From contig OZ234493.1 of the NCBI GenBank assembly GCA_965153455.1, positions 17,784,213-17,848,212 on the forward strand: a stretch of 64,000 nucleotides of DNA, written 5' to 3'. The translations under genes and the position numbers were made by a program. Numbering within the stretch: the first letter of the stretch is position 1; each line of letters opens with the position of its first letter. The stretch comes from Sphagnum compactum (taxonomy: Eukaryota). The notes beneath the pieces are model-generated. The model was not told the DNA's origin. It searched no databases and was given only the letters and a program-made list of their open reading frames with translations. Of this stretch, positions 52,260-64,000 are shown piece by piece.

Positions 52260-52800
52260 ATAAATTCCCAAATTTAATCTTAAACAGAAGTCCCAAAATT
52301 CTCAAGTTATGAGGCTTGTTATTTCATGGGTTCATAGAACCCTACATATGAACTCCAATTCAAGAGCTTCAAAGGGAAAAATTAAAGACTTTGAGATGAC
52401 CTTTCTAACACTCTAATCATTTAAGGTGGTTTGACCCCTTTGTTAAATGGTTTAGTGGTTGATAATCAAACTGCCATTTTCATTGCTAACCATTTTTCTG
52501 CACGTAGTTTGCGTTTTAGATCTTTGAATGGGAAATGAAACCCACTTTACATTTGTGTACTTTTCAAGACCTTTCCAATGATCTAAAGGGGCCCTTTTTG
52601 GACAAGGTTTGGTCCCCCAAACCTTGTTTGAAATATTTGAAACATTGTAGGCCTACAACTTTTTAAAGTGGAAATCCAATTGGGAGACTCATGTTTTCAC
52701 ACTTGTGAATGTGTTTGAAACCCATTGACACTTTCTTGGCACATTCCCCTTTGTCATCCCTTAACTTTGGTCACAAGCCCAAGGCTACTATTGTGAGACA
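52260..52800. mobile_element. Possible solo-LTR remnant
   Basis: Higher-GC block with no coding capacity, ending ...CCCAAGGCTACTATTGTGAGACA (CA terminus). Recognised only by resemblance. Confidence 0.25.
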
Positions 52801-53323
52801 TAGCCTTGAAAAAACAAAATGCATTAAAAAATGTTTTTAATTATGTTTCTAACTAGTAACATGTAATTTAATAATAATTTTTTGCAATTAACTTTGTTTC
52901 ATGTAGTGGGTGTTATCACTTATTGAAAAAAATATGACCATTGAATTTTGGTAGGGGAAGAATGTAATTGTCCTATAAGTTTCTTGAGCAAATTTTAACA
53001 CATTCACATAATAAAAACACAACACCATATTGGTGTTTACATAACATGATATTGTTATTTCATTTTTGTGGTTATAAATTTAAAAAACCACCTTATAACT
53101 ATATATGGAGTTTATTACAATTTCTAATACCCACCCAACATTGGTGAACCCTTATGTAAACGATAGATATTTTTGGAAATAATCAAAACTTTAATGAATC
53201 ATGTGTTATTTGATATAAGTGCCTTGCGATGAAATGCCTTTGAAATCCTTGTGAAGTTTAAGACCATTAATTTTTATCTCATAATGCATTTTACATAGTC
53301 TTGATTTGTTTGTTAAATAAATA

Positions 53324-54264
53324 TCTATTTATTGAAGAAGGTTGTTTATTTGTTTTGTATGTTTTTTTTTGTTTGCCATGTTGAGATCTCCCAAACCATG
53401 GTGCCCCTTGTTGTGGTCTTGGTACCATTGGAAAGCCCTCAATGGCTACAATTGAACTATAAGGAACCGTTTAGGCCTATTGTTAATGCTCTTTTTCTTT
53501 GGTCGTAAAAAATATTTAATTAAATGTTGAATTTTTTTTAAAAAAAAAGAATAATATTTTTAATTTTACTATCATGGGAACATTCGGATAAATTTGAAAT
53601 GAATATAATGAGTATGGAATATTGAAAATGATTTGTAAAACCATGTAACCAATGTTCAAAATAATTTTTTAAAATTGTTGTTTAAAGGATTTTTTGAATG
53701 ATTTCAAATAGTTAAAGAATGACATTTTTATGGGAATGCTTTTAAATACATTTTCAAATAATAATATAATGGAACATATCTTTGGGTCATAAGAATAAAA
53801 TCAAACAAAAAGTTGATTTGCAAAGTATCATTTTAACAATATTTTATCATTGAGGAGTCTAGTCCTTGGCATGAGGGTTTCCTTATATTCAATTTACACC
53901 CTAATGAAGGCATTGGCATGGTTTGGTAATGTTTAAACTACCATGCAAAAATGATTGATTATTGAAGAAAAAATCATTGAAAATTTAAATAAAATAAAAT
54001 AAAATATTTTAAGGAAAATTGGGGCAACCTCTTGGTAATGCTAGAAAGCCCTTGATAAGTGGGATTCTTTGGAGGTGATTTTAAAACTCTTAAACCTAAG
54101 GTGGGGTAAATATTGAATTTTGAATCATTTTTTTCATGAAATATTAATTTAAAATTTAGAAATAAAAATTTCAGAATTGGGGTCTATCATTAGGGTCCTA
54201 TTCACACTTGAAAAAATAATCATAATTGTGTTCGCACTTGGGCCAATGGCCCATGCCACATTAG
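53324..54264 (+). mobile_element. Non-autonomous Helitron-like element, copy 1 (with internal insertion)
   Basis: Starts A|TCTATTTATTGAAGAAGG. Ends with the hairpin GGGCCAATGGCCC, then a short spacer and TTAG|T (CTRR variant). Confidence 0.55.
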
Positions 54265-54663
54265 TGTACTATTAAGGAAATTGATTTGTTTGTCATGTGC
54301 AGATCTCCTAAGCTGTAGTGCTCTAAATTACATTCTTGGTACCACTGAAAAGATCTTGATGAGAAGAGGTGCCCCAAGGTGATTTTGTAATGTTTAGACC
54401 TTTGGTGCAAGTGCTATTGAATATTTAACAATTTTTTCAATGAGAATTCAGAAAATCAAAACTAAATTTTTTAGGGAAATTTGGGCTTACTTTTGGTATT
54501 GTTGGAAAGTACTCAATGAAGGCATTTCCGAATTTTTAGACCTAAGTTCGAGGAGATTGAATTTTGAGTAATCTTTGTCGGTTGAAATTCAATAAAAGTT
54601 TGATAAAATCAAAACAAAAATATTTGGAGTTCACACTTGGGCCAATGGCACATGCCACACTAT
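54265..54663 (+). mobile_element. Non-autonomous Helitron-like element, copy 2, head-to-tail with copy 1
   Basis: Repeats the CATGT..AGATCTCC, CTTGGTACCA.TG.AAAG and CACTTGGGCCAATGGC.CATGCCACA blocks of copy 1; ends CTAT. Confidence 0.55.
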
Positions 54664-55004
54664 CGCGATGATTATGAAGAACCATGATTTCGGACCTGGT
54701 ATGGTGATACAAGTGCCCTTACAATTGAATTGCCTCCCAAATCAATGTGAAGCTTGTGATCATCAAGCTTTAGTACATTGTATATAACATTTTTGTATAA
54801 CACATGTTAACTGGGAGCCCATTGAGATATGGCAGAAAAAAAACTGCTTGCAGAATTTCTCTACTTTTATACACTAACATTTCTTGAACTCGAGGTTGTC
54901 CAAACTTATTTTGAATTCTATAACCAAATTTTTAATCACTTGAATCACTAGCACTTTCCTTTTCATAAAACTCTCACTACTCACTTTTCATGAAACTCTC
55001 AATC

Positions 55005-55545
55005 AAGAACAACTACTAGACCATGCCCTAAACCATAATCATGAGAGCCCGATTGTGAAGAACTACTAAACCATACCCTAAACCTTAGACGCTAATTGAG
55101 AAAATTTCCAGCTCCAATAGCATATATTTATGTTGTTGCGGTTCAAAAGCTCATAGTTGGAACTCAGAGCTTCGCAGGCAATCCACCTTCTTTGGGTGTG
55201 CATGGGGCGCCTCGTCCTAAGTTGTGCCAAGGACATCCCCCTTACCTTGAAACCGTTAAACCCTAAACCCTAATCAAGGGAGCCTGATCAAGAAGAACAA
55301 CTTCTAGACCATATCCTAAACCCTATCCAAGAGAGCCCAGATCGAGAAATACTACTAGGTCCCATATGCTAAACCCTAATCAAGAGAGCCTAATCAGAGA
55401 ACAACTACTAGGTCCTAAACCCTAGTTACCCTAATTAAGAGAGCCTAATCAGAGAGCAACTACTAGGTCCTAAACCCTAGCTAGAGCATACCCTAAAACC
55501 TAGAACTATCTAGGGCATACTGTAAACCCTAAACCCTAATCCAGA
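55005..55545. repeat. Array of ~50-60-bp units containing telomere-like/telo-box motifs (AAACCCTAA)
   Basis: About nine CCCTAAACCCT-type motifs interleaved with AATCAAGAGAGCC and AACTACTAG blocks. Confidence 0.85.
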
Positions 55546-55640
55546 AAGCGTGATCATCTTTTCCGGCGGGCGGGAGGAGCATCGTCGTTTTTGCCTCGCA
55601 CAATTGCTCCTCGTGATTTGCAGAAGAATCTGGGTACAAA

Positions 55641-55683
55641 TGCTGAGGATCATGTAATGCCGAGAATCACATGATCCTCAGCA
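55641..55683 (-). other. 15-bp perfect hairpin in the 3'UTR of the RGF-like gene
   Basis: TGCTGAGGATCATGT (55641-55655) and ACATGATCCTCAGCA (55669-55683), 32 nt past the stop codon. Confidence 0.85.
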
Positions 55684-55715
55684 GCGCTATCATGGAGGAG
55701 CTGCTGGATTCTTGT

Positions 55716-57078
55716 CTAATTGCTTCTAGGAGGATGGTTTTCTGGGTCTCTGTAATCGCTGTCGAAATCGTTGTTGGAAGTATGAGGGAATTTGTTGTCT
55801 TTGTTGTTGGATTCTGGTAGCTTTCGTCTAAGGTCGGTGGGTCTCATCATGCGTCGTCGTCTAATTTGATGATGGGTTGTTGCTGTTGTTGTTGTAGCAG
55901 CGGCAGCAGCAGCAGCTGGTGGATACAAACTTCTTTTATGATCGACGCCGCGGACTCTGAGCTTCATCAGTATCATGTCTTTCCAGATCTTGCTAAGGAG
56001 TTTCATAACAAGATTTGTTGTTATTGTTTTCGTCGTCGTCGTCGTCTCCTCCAACAACTTGTTTTTCTGATAATTATTGGTAGCTGGATGCGCCAGATCA
56101 AGTTGCTGCTGGCGGTGGTGATATTGCACAGCATCATGTGAAAATTTTGTCCATTTTCGATGTGTGAACAACACTGGCTGCTGTGCAGCAGCTCCTTTTT
56201 TGACACTGGAGGTTTGATCTTCTGGAGCTTGTGGTGGACCATTGTATGCTTCCAGCAGTGCAAGAATGGAAGCTTGTTCTTGTTCCGTGTCTCTCTGCCA
56301 TGGGTTGCAGCAAATCGACAAGATTAGACGACAATTTCACACACTGGACTTGAAGAAGCAACCACCATAGACGAACGTCCGACATGATTTTGGAAGAGAG
56401 AAACCACCAGGACATTCACCAGCCTAACTGAAAGCCAAGTTCCTAGGAGCAAGTTCTCTAGATGAATTGTGTTCTCTAGAATCCAAAAGCTGCAATATCT
56501 CAACGTGTTCTGAGTGTGATTTTTTTTTTGGTTTTTACCTTCGATTCTGTTGTTGGACTCGATGCAGCAGCAGCATCATTCTCGGGATCTTGCACTGCCG
56601 GCGTTTCGGTGATGCGTGCCGGCGCATACTTGTTTAGAATGAGGAATTTGTCATTCGTTTCTTCTGAAAATACATCATGGAAACAAGTCACGGGATCAGA
56701 GGAGAAAACTTGAACCAAGACCAGTACTATAAACAGCTCGAGAGATGGTTCACGGCAGCAATGATTGTAAACGGCGCGGCGCATGATCAATTCACAGACA
56801 GAAATATCTAAGTACAGCTTAAACATGCAAGTAATCCGAGCGTTCTCTCTTTAAATCCGCATGCAAAATGCGTACATGTGCAGCACCGCCGCTTGCAAGC
56901 GGCGCCGACCGGCCGGGAAGACAGAATTACCTAAGCGAGCTGGATGGCTGGCGGAAGTGAAGGAAGTGCAGATGAGCAGGTGGACGAAGACGAGAGCCAC
57001 AATGGTTGTGCACCAGAATGCAGTCACAATTGGTCGAGTACCCCGCACGCTTCGTATTCTCTTTCGCACAGAGACCAT
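55716..57078 (-). CDS. RGF/GOLVEN/CLEL-like secreted peptide precursor (~283 aa); C-terminal peptide DYRDPENHPPRSN
   Basis: Exons 57078-56931 (hydrophobic signal IVALVFVHLLICTSFTSA), 56663-56539 and 56294-55716 join in frame (852 nt) with GT-AG introns. The last 13 aa fit DYxxPxxHPPxxN, as in RGF1 DYSNPGHHPPRHN. Confidence 0.8.
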
Positions 57079-59166
57079 TCTTACAACTTTTGCATAGCTG
57101 CTTCTGCTGCTGCACAACTTTGCTTAGACTCCACCTGATGATCTCCTTGCACGTCTCGACTACTACTGCATGAGCTCTTATATCGACGATCTGCAGTTCT
57201 AACAGCTGCTACGACCAAGGTCTAGTCAGTCTCTAGCTGACGACCCCCGGGAAGGGATAGATCGATCGACCCACAAGCTTGGATTCTAGAGCTCAATATG
57301 CTGCTAGCATCACGGCAGATCCTTCATCCTCAACAAGAGAGATTATATCTCTCATCACCACACAGATCAGAAGCGCGTAACAATAGAGAGAGAGAGAGCC
57401 GCGCACTCCCGCACTAAAGTAATTGATCCCGAGCTGATTGCAATCAGGTTTCAACAAAGCAGCTAGCTTTAACAGGGAGGAACACAGCCAGCTCGGAGAA
57501 TTCTAGCACACGCCAATTCATTCAACTCTGGACAACTAATCTACCTCAGAAGAAGCAGCAGGACAGTAGCAGCAGTACTAGTAGCAGCAGAAGTGGGGAA
57601 GAAGAAAGATCGCTGTCTAGAACAGTAGAACAGCCATACTATTGAGCTTTGCGTACGCTGCAAGCATAGGTACTGCAGCACAGCAGCAACAGCAGAAGCT
57701 AGTCAGTCCACACGAAGATCAGAGGAAAGAAGCTACTACATACAGCTCTGGAGTCTGCATCACATGAAACAGTCCACAAGCATTTGTATTCTGCATGAGC
57801 TGGGTTGTAGTGTGCTGTTGCTACTGCAGGAGGCGACGGTGATGACCAAGAGTTAAAATGAGAGAGAAATATTCATGCAGGACCTGAATCTGATCCAGAC
57901 TCGAAGCTCATTTATGGAGCACGTCGCGGGTACTAGCTACTGCTGCTGCTACACCCACGTCGAGCCTGGCTTCTCGTTCTGGTCCTCGTCTTCGTCCTCC
58001 TACGTCTAGATTTCCTACTCCTGAGACTCCAGGCTCCTCCTAGAAGTCTAGCTAATCCTGGAGCTCTTGCTGCTGCTCATGCCGCACAGCTACCTTACTA
58101 GGGCCTAATTCTAGTAGTAAAACAAAATACAAAAGTACAAAAACACACACACACACACACACACACATACACACATCCTCTTGCAATAACTGTCCAACAG
58201 AAACAAAATAAAAGAGTTTTTTTTTCTCGCGGGGCCTGCACCTGCAGCAAGCTCTTTTGCAGCTCGTGCTGATCAGTACTCGCAGCTGGGGGGAGGGACG
58301 GCCGGGTGGGCGGACGACTAGCTAGCTGCTAGCTACCTCAGAGAAGACTTTGGGAGTCAGCGATGTCTTTGGGTGTGCACTGTGGTGGGGTCTAGATGTC
58401 TGGGACGAGCTCTGTGTGTATGTTTGTTGTGGTGGGATCAGCGCGACGCGTTCTCGGGGAGTGGTAAGTACCTGCTCCTGCTGCTGTTGTTGCTGTTGTT
58501 GCTCCCAGCTCCATGTCTCTGTGCTTGCTTTCTGACACGAAGCATGTGCCGCCATTTTTGCACCCAATTTCATACTCTCCACACCTCGACGTCTGCCAAC
58601 ACTCTACTCATGTTCTTAATATACACATGTTTCATACCCTTCTTAATCTTTTTACTACCCACTTATCTACCTACCACCTACCTACTTACCTACCTACTTA
58701 AATATTAAGTATTTATAACAACTTTTTATTACCCACCTACTTACTTACCACCTATCTATTTACCTACCTACCTAAATACTAATTACTTATAACAACTTTT
58801 TACTACCCACCTATCTACTTACTTACCTAGATACTAATTACTTACAACAACCCATTAGCCTAAATACCTTCTCACTAATCATTTTTACATTTTATATCTA
58901 CTACACACCATAGTGGTTAGTTAAAGACTATTGCTTTGCATTTGCCACTTTCTTATGCCTTCTCCAACTGTTTTTTTCTTTGAGAGTATTTAGCTCTCAT
59001 TTATTTACCATGTGAACTGGGCTCGAGGTCATTGGTTATTGGTAATATCTTTGGCCCTTTGAAGGTATCAATTACTAGACAAGAGGTTGTTGGTTAACCG
59101 AAAGAGCTGAGATCTGGAAGTGTCAAAGGTCTTTTTGTTAACCAATTTGACCTTGAGCCAATCGTC

Positions 59167-59232
59167 GCACATAACCTAATATTGTTCATAGACTTGAGAG
59201 CACATAACCTAATATTGTTCATAGACTTGAGA
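59167..59232. repeat. Exact 33-bp tandem duplication
   Basis: GCACATAACCTAATATTGTTCATAGACTTGAGA x2. Confidence 0.9.
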
Positions 59233-59449
59233 GCGAGCCAATGTAACCCCTCTTATCAATGAATGAAAAACTCATGTATCAATGAAAAGTTGTTTAACCT
59301 CTCATGTCAATGGATGAAAACTCATATCTGACATCATTTAGGATTGAAAATAGGAGGAAGGACAAGAGGTTATGCTTGCTGAACGAAAAAGTGTAGGATG
59401 AATCAAAAGCTCGAGAACCTATGGATGATAGGTTATGTTGTTATTTTTT

Positions 59450-59820
59450 TACTACCTACCTAGGTACTACAACCAACCAACCCTCAGCTATGTACTAAAC
59501 ATCTACATGGTATATGATGTACACACACCATGGTGGTTAGCTAAGTTGAGCCTATTTTACTTTACTAAGTTCTAACAACCCACTAGCCCTTACCTATATA
59601 ATAATCACGTATATATACCTACTCACCTAGTAGCTACTTAGTAGTCACCTATTGTCTGACCTACTTACCTACTTACCTGCTTACCTGGACCTAGTTTTTA
59701 CAGGATAGGCTATCAAGATCAAACCTGATGTTCAACTCAGTTGGGGTTCATCCATAACTGAATCATATAACATGCTTCTGATGGATGGATGGTGTGCAGG
59801 TGGTTGTTGGTTCACTTTGG
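59450..59820 (+). repeat. TACC-rich dispersed repeat family member
   Basis: Aligns with 37810-38160. Further TACC-rich tracts occur at 58660-58860 and 49550-49900. Confidence 0.7.
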
Positions 59821-61399
59821 CACAATTTATTATTATTCTTATTATTTTATTTTATTTTCCCCTTTGCTTTGCTTTCCCTCTAGACCCCGCAGTTTTTGCA
59901 TGAATGTCAAAGAAACAAAAGATAAGGAACTCCTCAAAAATGACAACTTTATTGTAAGTGTTGGGGGGGGGGGGGGGGTTTGGAGTGCCCCTTTTTTAAT
60001 TGGGGGGTGGGTTACTGGGGTGGGTGGTGGGTGGGGGGGGGGATTTTTTGTGGTGGCAATTTTAAATTAGAAAGTACTTAAAAAAAAACTGATTCTGGAG
60101 TTTTCTTTAGGCCATTTTCAAAACAAAAGAAAGGATAGAAATCACCAAATTTGTGCATTAGGTAGTACAAATAAAATAAGATGCCTCAATTGTTATGGAT
60201 GATTGTAACGTGTATATATGGATGATGCCAAGTTAGCACAAAATATGGATGCATTCCTTGATTGGTATGGATGATTGTCATATGTTACAAATGCACTTTG
60301 TGCTCAAATGTAGTGGAATATAACAAAGTGACCATGCAATTGAATGGATTCAGTTGCACATGTTTACTTAGAGAAAAGAAACAGAACCCTATCATGGGTG
60401 GTCACATAAACTTTATGAATGTATGGGTGACCATGTAGCCTTTGAATTTGGCTTTAGTCACTTTCTAATACATGACTGTAGCATCTCCGAAAGACTCAGT
60501 GTTATTTCAACTTATCATACTTCAAACTATGTAAGAGTAGCCAGAATGAACCAACAGCCACCACAGTGCACCATCCAGTGGAAGCATGCTATGACCCTGG
60601 AACTGTGGATGAGCCCCAACTGAAACTGATGTTCACCTTCATAACATATGCCACAATGGATAGGTCATGTAGGCAAGTAGGAAGGATGATATATGAGTGG
60701 CTTACTAGGTAAATAGACACCTATAGATGGTTATTACCAGTGTTGCCCGGTTATTGAGTTTTAATTACCCACCAGGCTGATTATTTGAAAATTAAATTTT
60801 CATGGACACACTGGGTTATCAAATAACTGAGTTTTTGCAGATTTTTGGGTCCTGCATGGTGTCAATTTGTTAGAATGGTCAATTCATAAGGTTATTAAAT
60901 TTTTAAAGTAATAATCTCTTGGTATGCATAAGAGTCAATGCTTGCAATAACTTGTTGAGAACCACCAAATATAATGTATAGGTCATTTATTCAGTAAAAA
61001 AACCTTATCACTATACACAATATGAATGACCACTAAACCAACACACTTCACACCTTGTTCTACATATGAACAAGATGTTGATTGTCTTTGTCAAAACTTA
61101 AAACCAAGATGCAAAAATAATTAATTAAAACAAACATGCATGGGACTAACTCATTGAGATTTGAGCAAAAGAAATGCCAACATTGGATCATTATAGCAAA
61201 CAAGGTTGACCTTTAATACATCTAGCCACTAAAGTTGACATCAACTAGAAAATCTCCTATTCATGGCAATGCTACTAAGTTATAAAAACTAGAACAAAAT
61301 CTTCGTCAATATGCATATCCATTAGTCTAGCTTGTCAACATTGAAATAGTTAGTTGTGTTCAACATAGTATTGTTTTCATCAATGATACCCATGTTTCT

Positions 61400-63613
61400 T
61401 CCTCAAAAAATCATTAGTGGATTATAGTTCTTGTAAGCAATTTGCCCTTGCATTAGTTGACCAATTTTTCATAATCATGACAAGCTTGTATAGATTTTCA
61501 ACTCCCAACTTACAATATCATCGGCTTGTTAACATTCCAACTATATTGAAAATTTGTTCAATCTCAATTTGGGATTTAGGAATCCCAAGAATTTGTCATG
61601 CAACAAAGGAAATGTTAGGAAATCATATTTCATGGGAATTCCACCCAGTCAAGGGCAATAGATAATTTTCAAGCTTCACATGTAAACAATGGAATAAAGA
61701 TAGTTCATTTTTCAACAACCCACGCAATGTGGCCTCATTTGAAGTCATTGCTCCAAAAATGGATTCATCATCATCAACCACTAGTCGTTCGGTAGGGCCA
61801 ACAATGTCGGGGCTTTGGAATTGAAAAGCAACCACCAATAGTGACATCCAATTCATGTTATCATACTTCCCCATGATCCACCATCTATATGACTTTTGCT
61901 CTCTCTAAAAATGGTTTCACCACATCAAGATATTTGAAGCATGGGTCTAACATTAGTGCAAGCATTTTATGAACCTTGCAAGCTTCGTAAGTAAATGCAA
62001 ATGACAAAAATGAAGCTAGGATTACCAAAACTTTTGTCATCATCCACATGCAAAATGCTTGCAATTCAAACTCAAAATACACACTTGCAAAATTGATGGA
62101 ACTAGTTTTAGATTGTTCAATTTAACAATACTTGCACATAGTTATTGAAAAAGTAACATTTAAGGCATGAAAGTAATCAATAACCTCAAGTTCGATTGAA
62201 GATACATTGTTTCACAATAGGAAGCATAGTTCTTGTAATTGTTTTGCAAACTACCCATGTCTATGTATATGGTACCTAACCTTGTAACTTTATAAGTTTT
62301 TGCCTTTCACAACAAAAATTGATGGCATCATGATATTCCAAGGTTTTTTAAAACAAAATCATCTTTATAACAAACATGTTCTTCATTAGGGTTTTCAATT
62401 TCTAATGGGAGATGCTTGCATTACGACATGCCATTTCCCAATTAGCACATCCTTTGCTTGATTTTTTTCCAATGTAATTTTTTTTTGCAAGGTAGATTGT
62501 GTGACTTTCAAACTAACCTCGTGAAAGCCCACGTAAACATTTGTATCACTACAATTATATTGGCATGGTTTAGGTCCAAAACAAGATCGTTGCCAAGGAA
62601 TTGCAATTACCAAAGGAACACATTCAACCACAAAGGTCAAAACTCAAGCAAGGATGGACAAATTGCCACTCTCATCCTTCACAAAGGCAATCAATTTGTC
62701 CAACAAATTGTAAGATGAAATAAGCTCCTTGATTTATGTTGCCATTGCAACTCTAGTCATATTAATAGCTTCAAAGAGTCCCATTGTGACAAGGGAAGGT
62801 ACCAATAGTGACTTGATGAAATTTATCATGTGTAAGAGCAAATGTCTCATGTCCAGATCTAGACATTCACAAATTGAAAAAAGTTACAGTATCACAAGAA
62901 TCCAAAATTAAAATCACATATTTTCCCATGGTTTTAGCCATCAATAAAGGGATGGCATGTTTAACCCTTTTTTTCTAATTTAAAAACATGATTCAAATTT
63001 TTTAACCCATGCCCAAATGCCTCAACCATTGAGGTAAAAACACAATCAATGGAGCCATGCAAGTGAGTGAACATTCCTTTAAACTACATTTTTGTATGTT
63101 TAAAATATCACAAGTGAAGTATAATAGTTTGGATTGTCCTAATTGTTTTTGAAATATTTTTCATTAATCGCAAATTTTACATGTTCAAAGCTTGGAAAAA
63201 ATAAAAAATGTTTTTGCATGTTCAAAGCACTCAAACCTCGAAAATGGACAATCCTTGTTTTTTTCAAATGTCCTTTTTCCTACCAAATGTGTGCAATTCC
63301 TTTTAAAATTAAAAAGTATTTTAAGATTGATGATTAGAAGAGCAAAAGGACTTGAATTGATGAATTATTTTTAATAACCCATTTGAGCACATTTGGTTCA
63401 AAAGTGTTTTTTGGACCTAAAAATCATGGATTTGAAAATGTGCTTTTAACAAAAGTTGTTCATGTTTATGTGATAAAGGGCATGAATGCATAATATACAT
63501 GATATAAAATTAATTTGTAATCAAAATGTATTTATATTTAAAATTTAATGTTAAAGGGGGTACCCAAAATACAAATTTTCAAGTTATAAACCAACACAAA
63601 AATGACACATGTC
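61400..63613 (-). mobile_element. Degenerate hAT DNA transposon (transposase remnant plus 5' subterminal region)
   Basis: Minus-strand fragments LALMLDPCFKYL and the dimerisation-domain-like QILGIPKSQIEIEQIFNIVG...CKLGVENLYKLV. The adjacent 63045-63613 block is repeated at 48355 and 45645. Confidence 0.75.
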
Positions 63614-64000
63614 GAAGATGGCTTGTGCATGAACCTAGAGCTTGAGCTTAAAACTTTGAGCTTGTAGCTTAACGTTTAATGTGATTTTAACCCACCTACA
63701 TGGATGAATGTGTCCATAGCTCAATGATTTCACATGGATGAAAATCATTTTGCATGGATGAATTTTATTAATGAACTGGATTAAATAAATAAATATTTGA
63801 TTAAATTCATCCATGATTAGAAGATAAATAAATTAAAATTTATTTATATCCATCTTCATTTCTTGTCCAAGTATTAATATTTCAAACTTGAGTGTCATTT
63901 AATGATGATGCATAATGTGACTATAAGGGAAAATATGATGATGGGACCAAATTTTTTTAAAATTTTGTTTAAAAAATCATTTTCATCAATAATGTTAAGC

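Noticed and set aside
55716-55760. CLE peptide assignment
   Set aside because: It lacks the CLE RxVPxGPxPLHN pattern; the DY start and HPPxxN end fit RGF/GLV instead.
57150-58600. MIRNA locus or 86-aa poly-Q ORF upstream of the RGF-like gene
   Set aside because: I found no conserved miRNA sequence or long fold-back by eye. The ORF is driven by CAG repeats, and the region is more likely promoter/5'UTR.

Overview
Eukaryotic land-plant nuclear DNA. It is most likely a bryophyte such as Sphagnum peat moss, an inference from gene style and repeat landscape that I have not verified. It carries five protein-coding loci: a SHI/STY (SRS) RING-like zinc-finger transcription factor (+), a PTC7-like PP2C phosphatase (-), a UVH1/XPF/RAD1 repair endonuclease homologue (+), an intronless F-box/kelch gene (-), and a three-exon secreted precursor ending in an RGF/GOLVEN/CLEL-type peptide, DYRDPENHPPRSN (-). 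There is also one initiator tRNA-Met gene. The AT-rich intergenic space is filled with decayed transposons (Ty3/Gypsy, hAT, PIF/Harbinger, possible MULE, LINE ends, Helitron-like units, several MITEs) and tandem repeats. Highlights: (1) the RGF-like peptide gene, with a 3'UTR hairpin and a telobox array behind it; (2) a 1-nt frameshift plus CpG-type decay in UVH1; (3) a long AUG-less N-terminal frame in the SHI gene, implying a GUG start or a micro-exon; (4) putative 3'UTR introns in the F-box gene, with a splice donor sitting in a hairpin loop. All exon boundaries were placed by eye from GT/AG sites and frame continuity. Homologue comparisons are from memory, not from searches.
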